A DNA stretch of 64,000 nucleotides, from assembly GCA_040954595.2 (NCBI GenBank), contig CM082579.2, positions 3,399,227-3,463,226 on the forward strand, given 5' to 3'. Position 1 is the stretch's first letter; every line of letters begins with the position of its first letter. Positions 63,401-64,000 of the stretch are shown piece after piece. This DNA comes from Balanoglossus misakiensis (Eukaryota; Animalia; Hemichordata). Below the pieces are notes generated by a model. It was not told where the DNA came from and ran no database searches. It worked only from the letters and a program-made list of their open reading frames with translations. The translations under genes were made by a program, and so were the position numbers.

Positions 63401-64000
63401 CTCAGTTGAACACTTCTCATAGTTAATGATAGAAAAATTGACCAGTCATATCTCTAAGCATCCTCTCTTTTTCACTTTCAAGATGAGACACATTCGACAT
63501 TGTCTGCCGCTGGTTCAGTCATGCATTTTCCATACATGTTTGACTATCAGAATAACGACTTTCTATTTCTGGACGGGAAATAGCCTATACATGATCGGAA
63601 ATGAAACGACCATTCAATCAGCCGTTCGTCGTAATATGCATTTCTTTGCCTTCAAATTGGGACCATGATCCTGAGTATAGAATTATGCATACCGGAATTT
63701 CCGGAAACGTTCGGATAAAACTCGGATGTAATCGGGTTTTTCTTAAGTTTACGTGTATTTCTGAGTGATGGGCGTTCGAAAATAAAGTTAAAAGGGCCTT
63801 CATTGACGCGCTGCGCACCTGTGATCAAAAGACTAAAACTCCTGCGACTGTTTCTCTCTTTCCACCAGATGGAAATCAGAGGTTTATTTTTATACTAAAT
63901 GCTATTTTCAGACGCCATGCGATCCAAGCAGTGATGGCATGTTTGCAGTTAATCTGTGACTGGGCTTTGATGCATTCTGAAAGGCCGCCTAGGACATACG

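Noticed and set aside
1-64000. CRISPR arrays, operons, phage or defence systems, tRNA/rRNA, autonomous transposase or RT ORFs
   Set aside because: None seen; the DNA is intron-rich eukaryotic sequence, and the remaining 60-145-aa ORFs lack recognisable domains.

Overview
Eukaryotic (marine-invertebrate-like, probably deuterostome; inferred only) genomic DNA with spliced genes, so most ORF-track entries are spurious. Three protein genes were reconstructed by hand from GT-AG junctions. (1) The last five coding exons of a gamma/delta/zeta-type sarcoglycan lie on + (197-1577). (2) An SLC6 Na+/Cl- amino-acid transporter, GlyT/ATB0,+ subfamily, lies on - (gene A, 6555-18153 plus a probable first exon near 19210; about 690 aa). 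(3) A second SLC6 paralog lies on + (gene B, 34205-43772; about 631 aa), head-to-head with gene A. The paralogs share intron positions except for one precise intron difference. They also differ by a 65-codon expansion of extracellular loop 2 in A and an unusual Trp-to-Asn change in the TM6 substrate pocket of B. Non-coding DNA holds microsatellites, tiny TIR+TSD remnants resembling P-element-type excision footprints, many TGACGTCA sites, and candidate promoters/first exons of a further + strand gene (48-51 kb). No prokaryotic systems, CRISPR arrays, rRNA or tRNA were seen.
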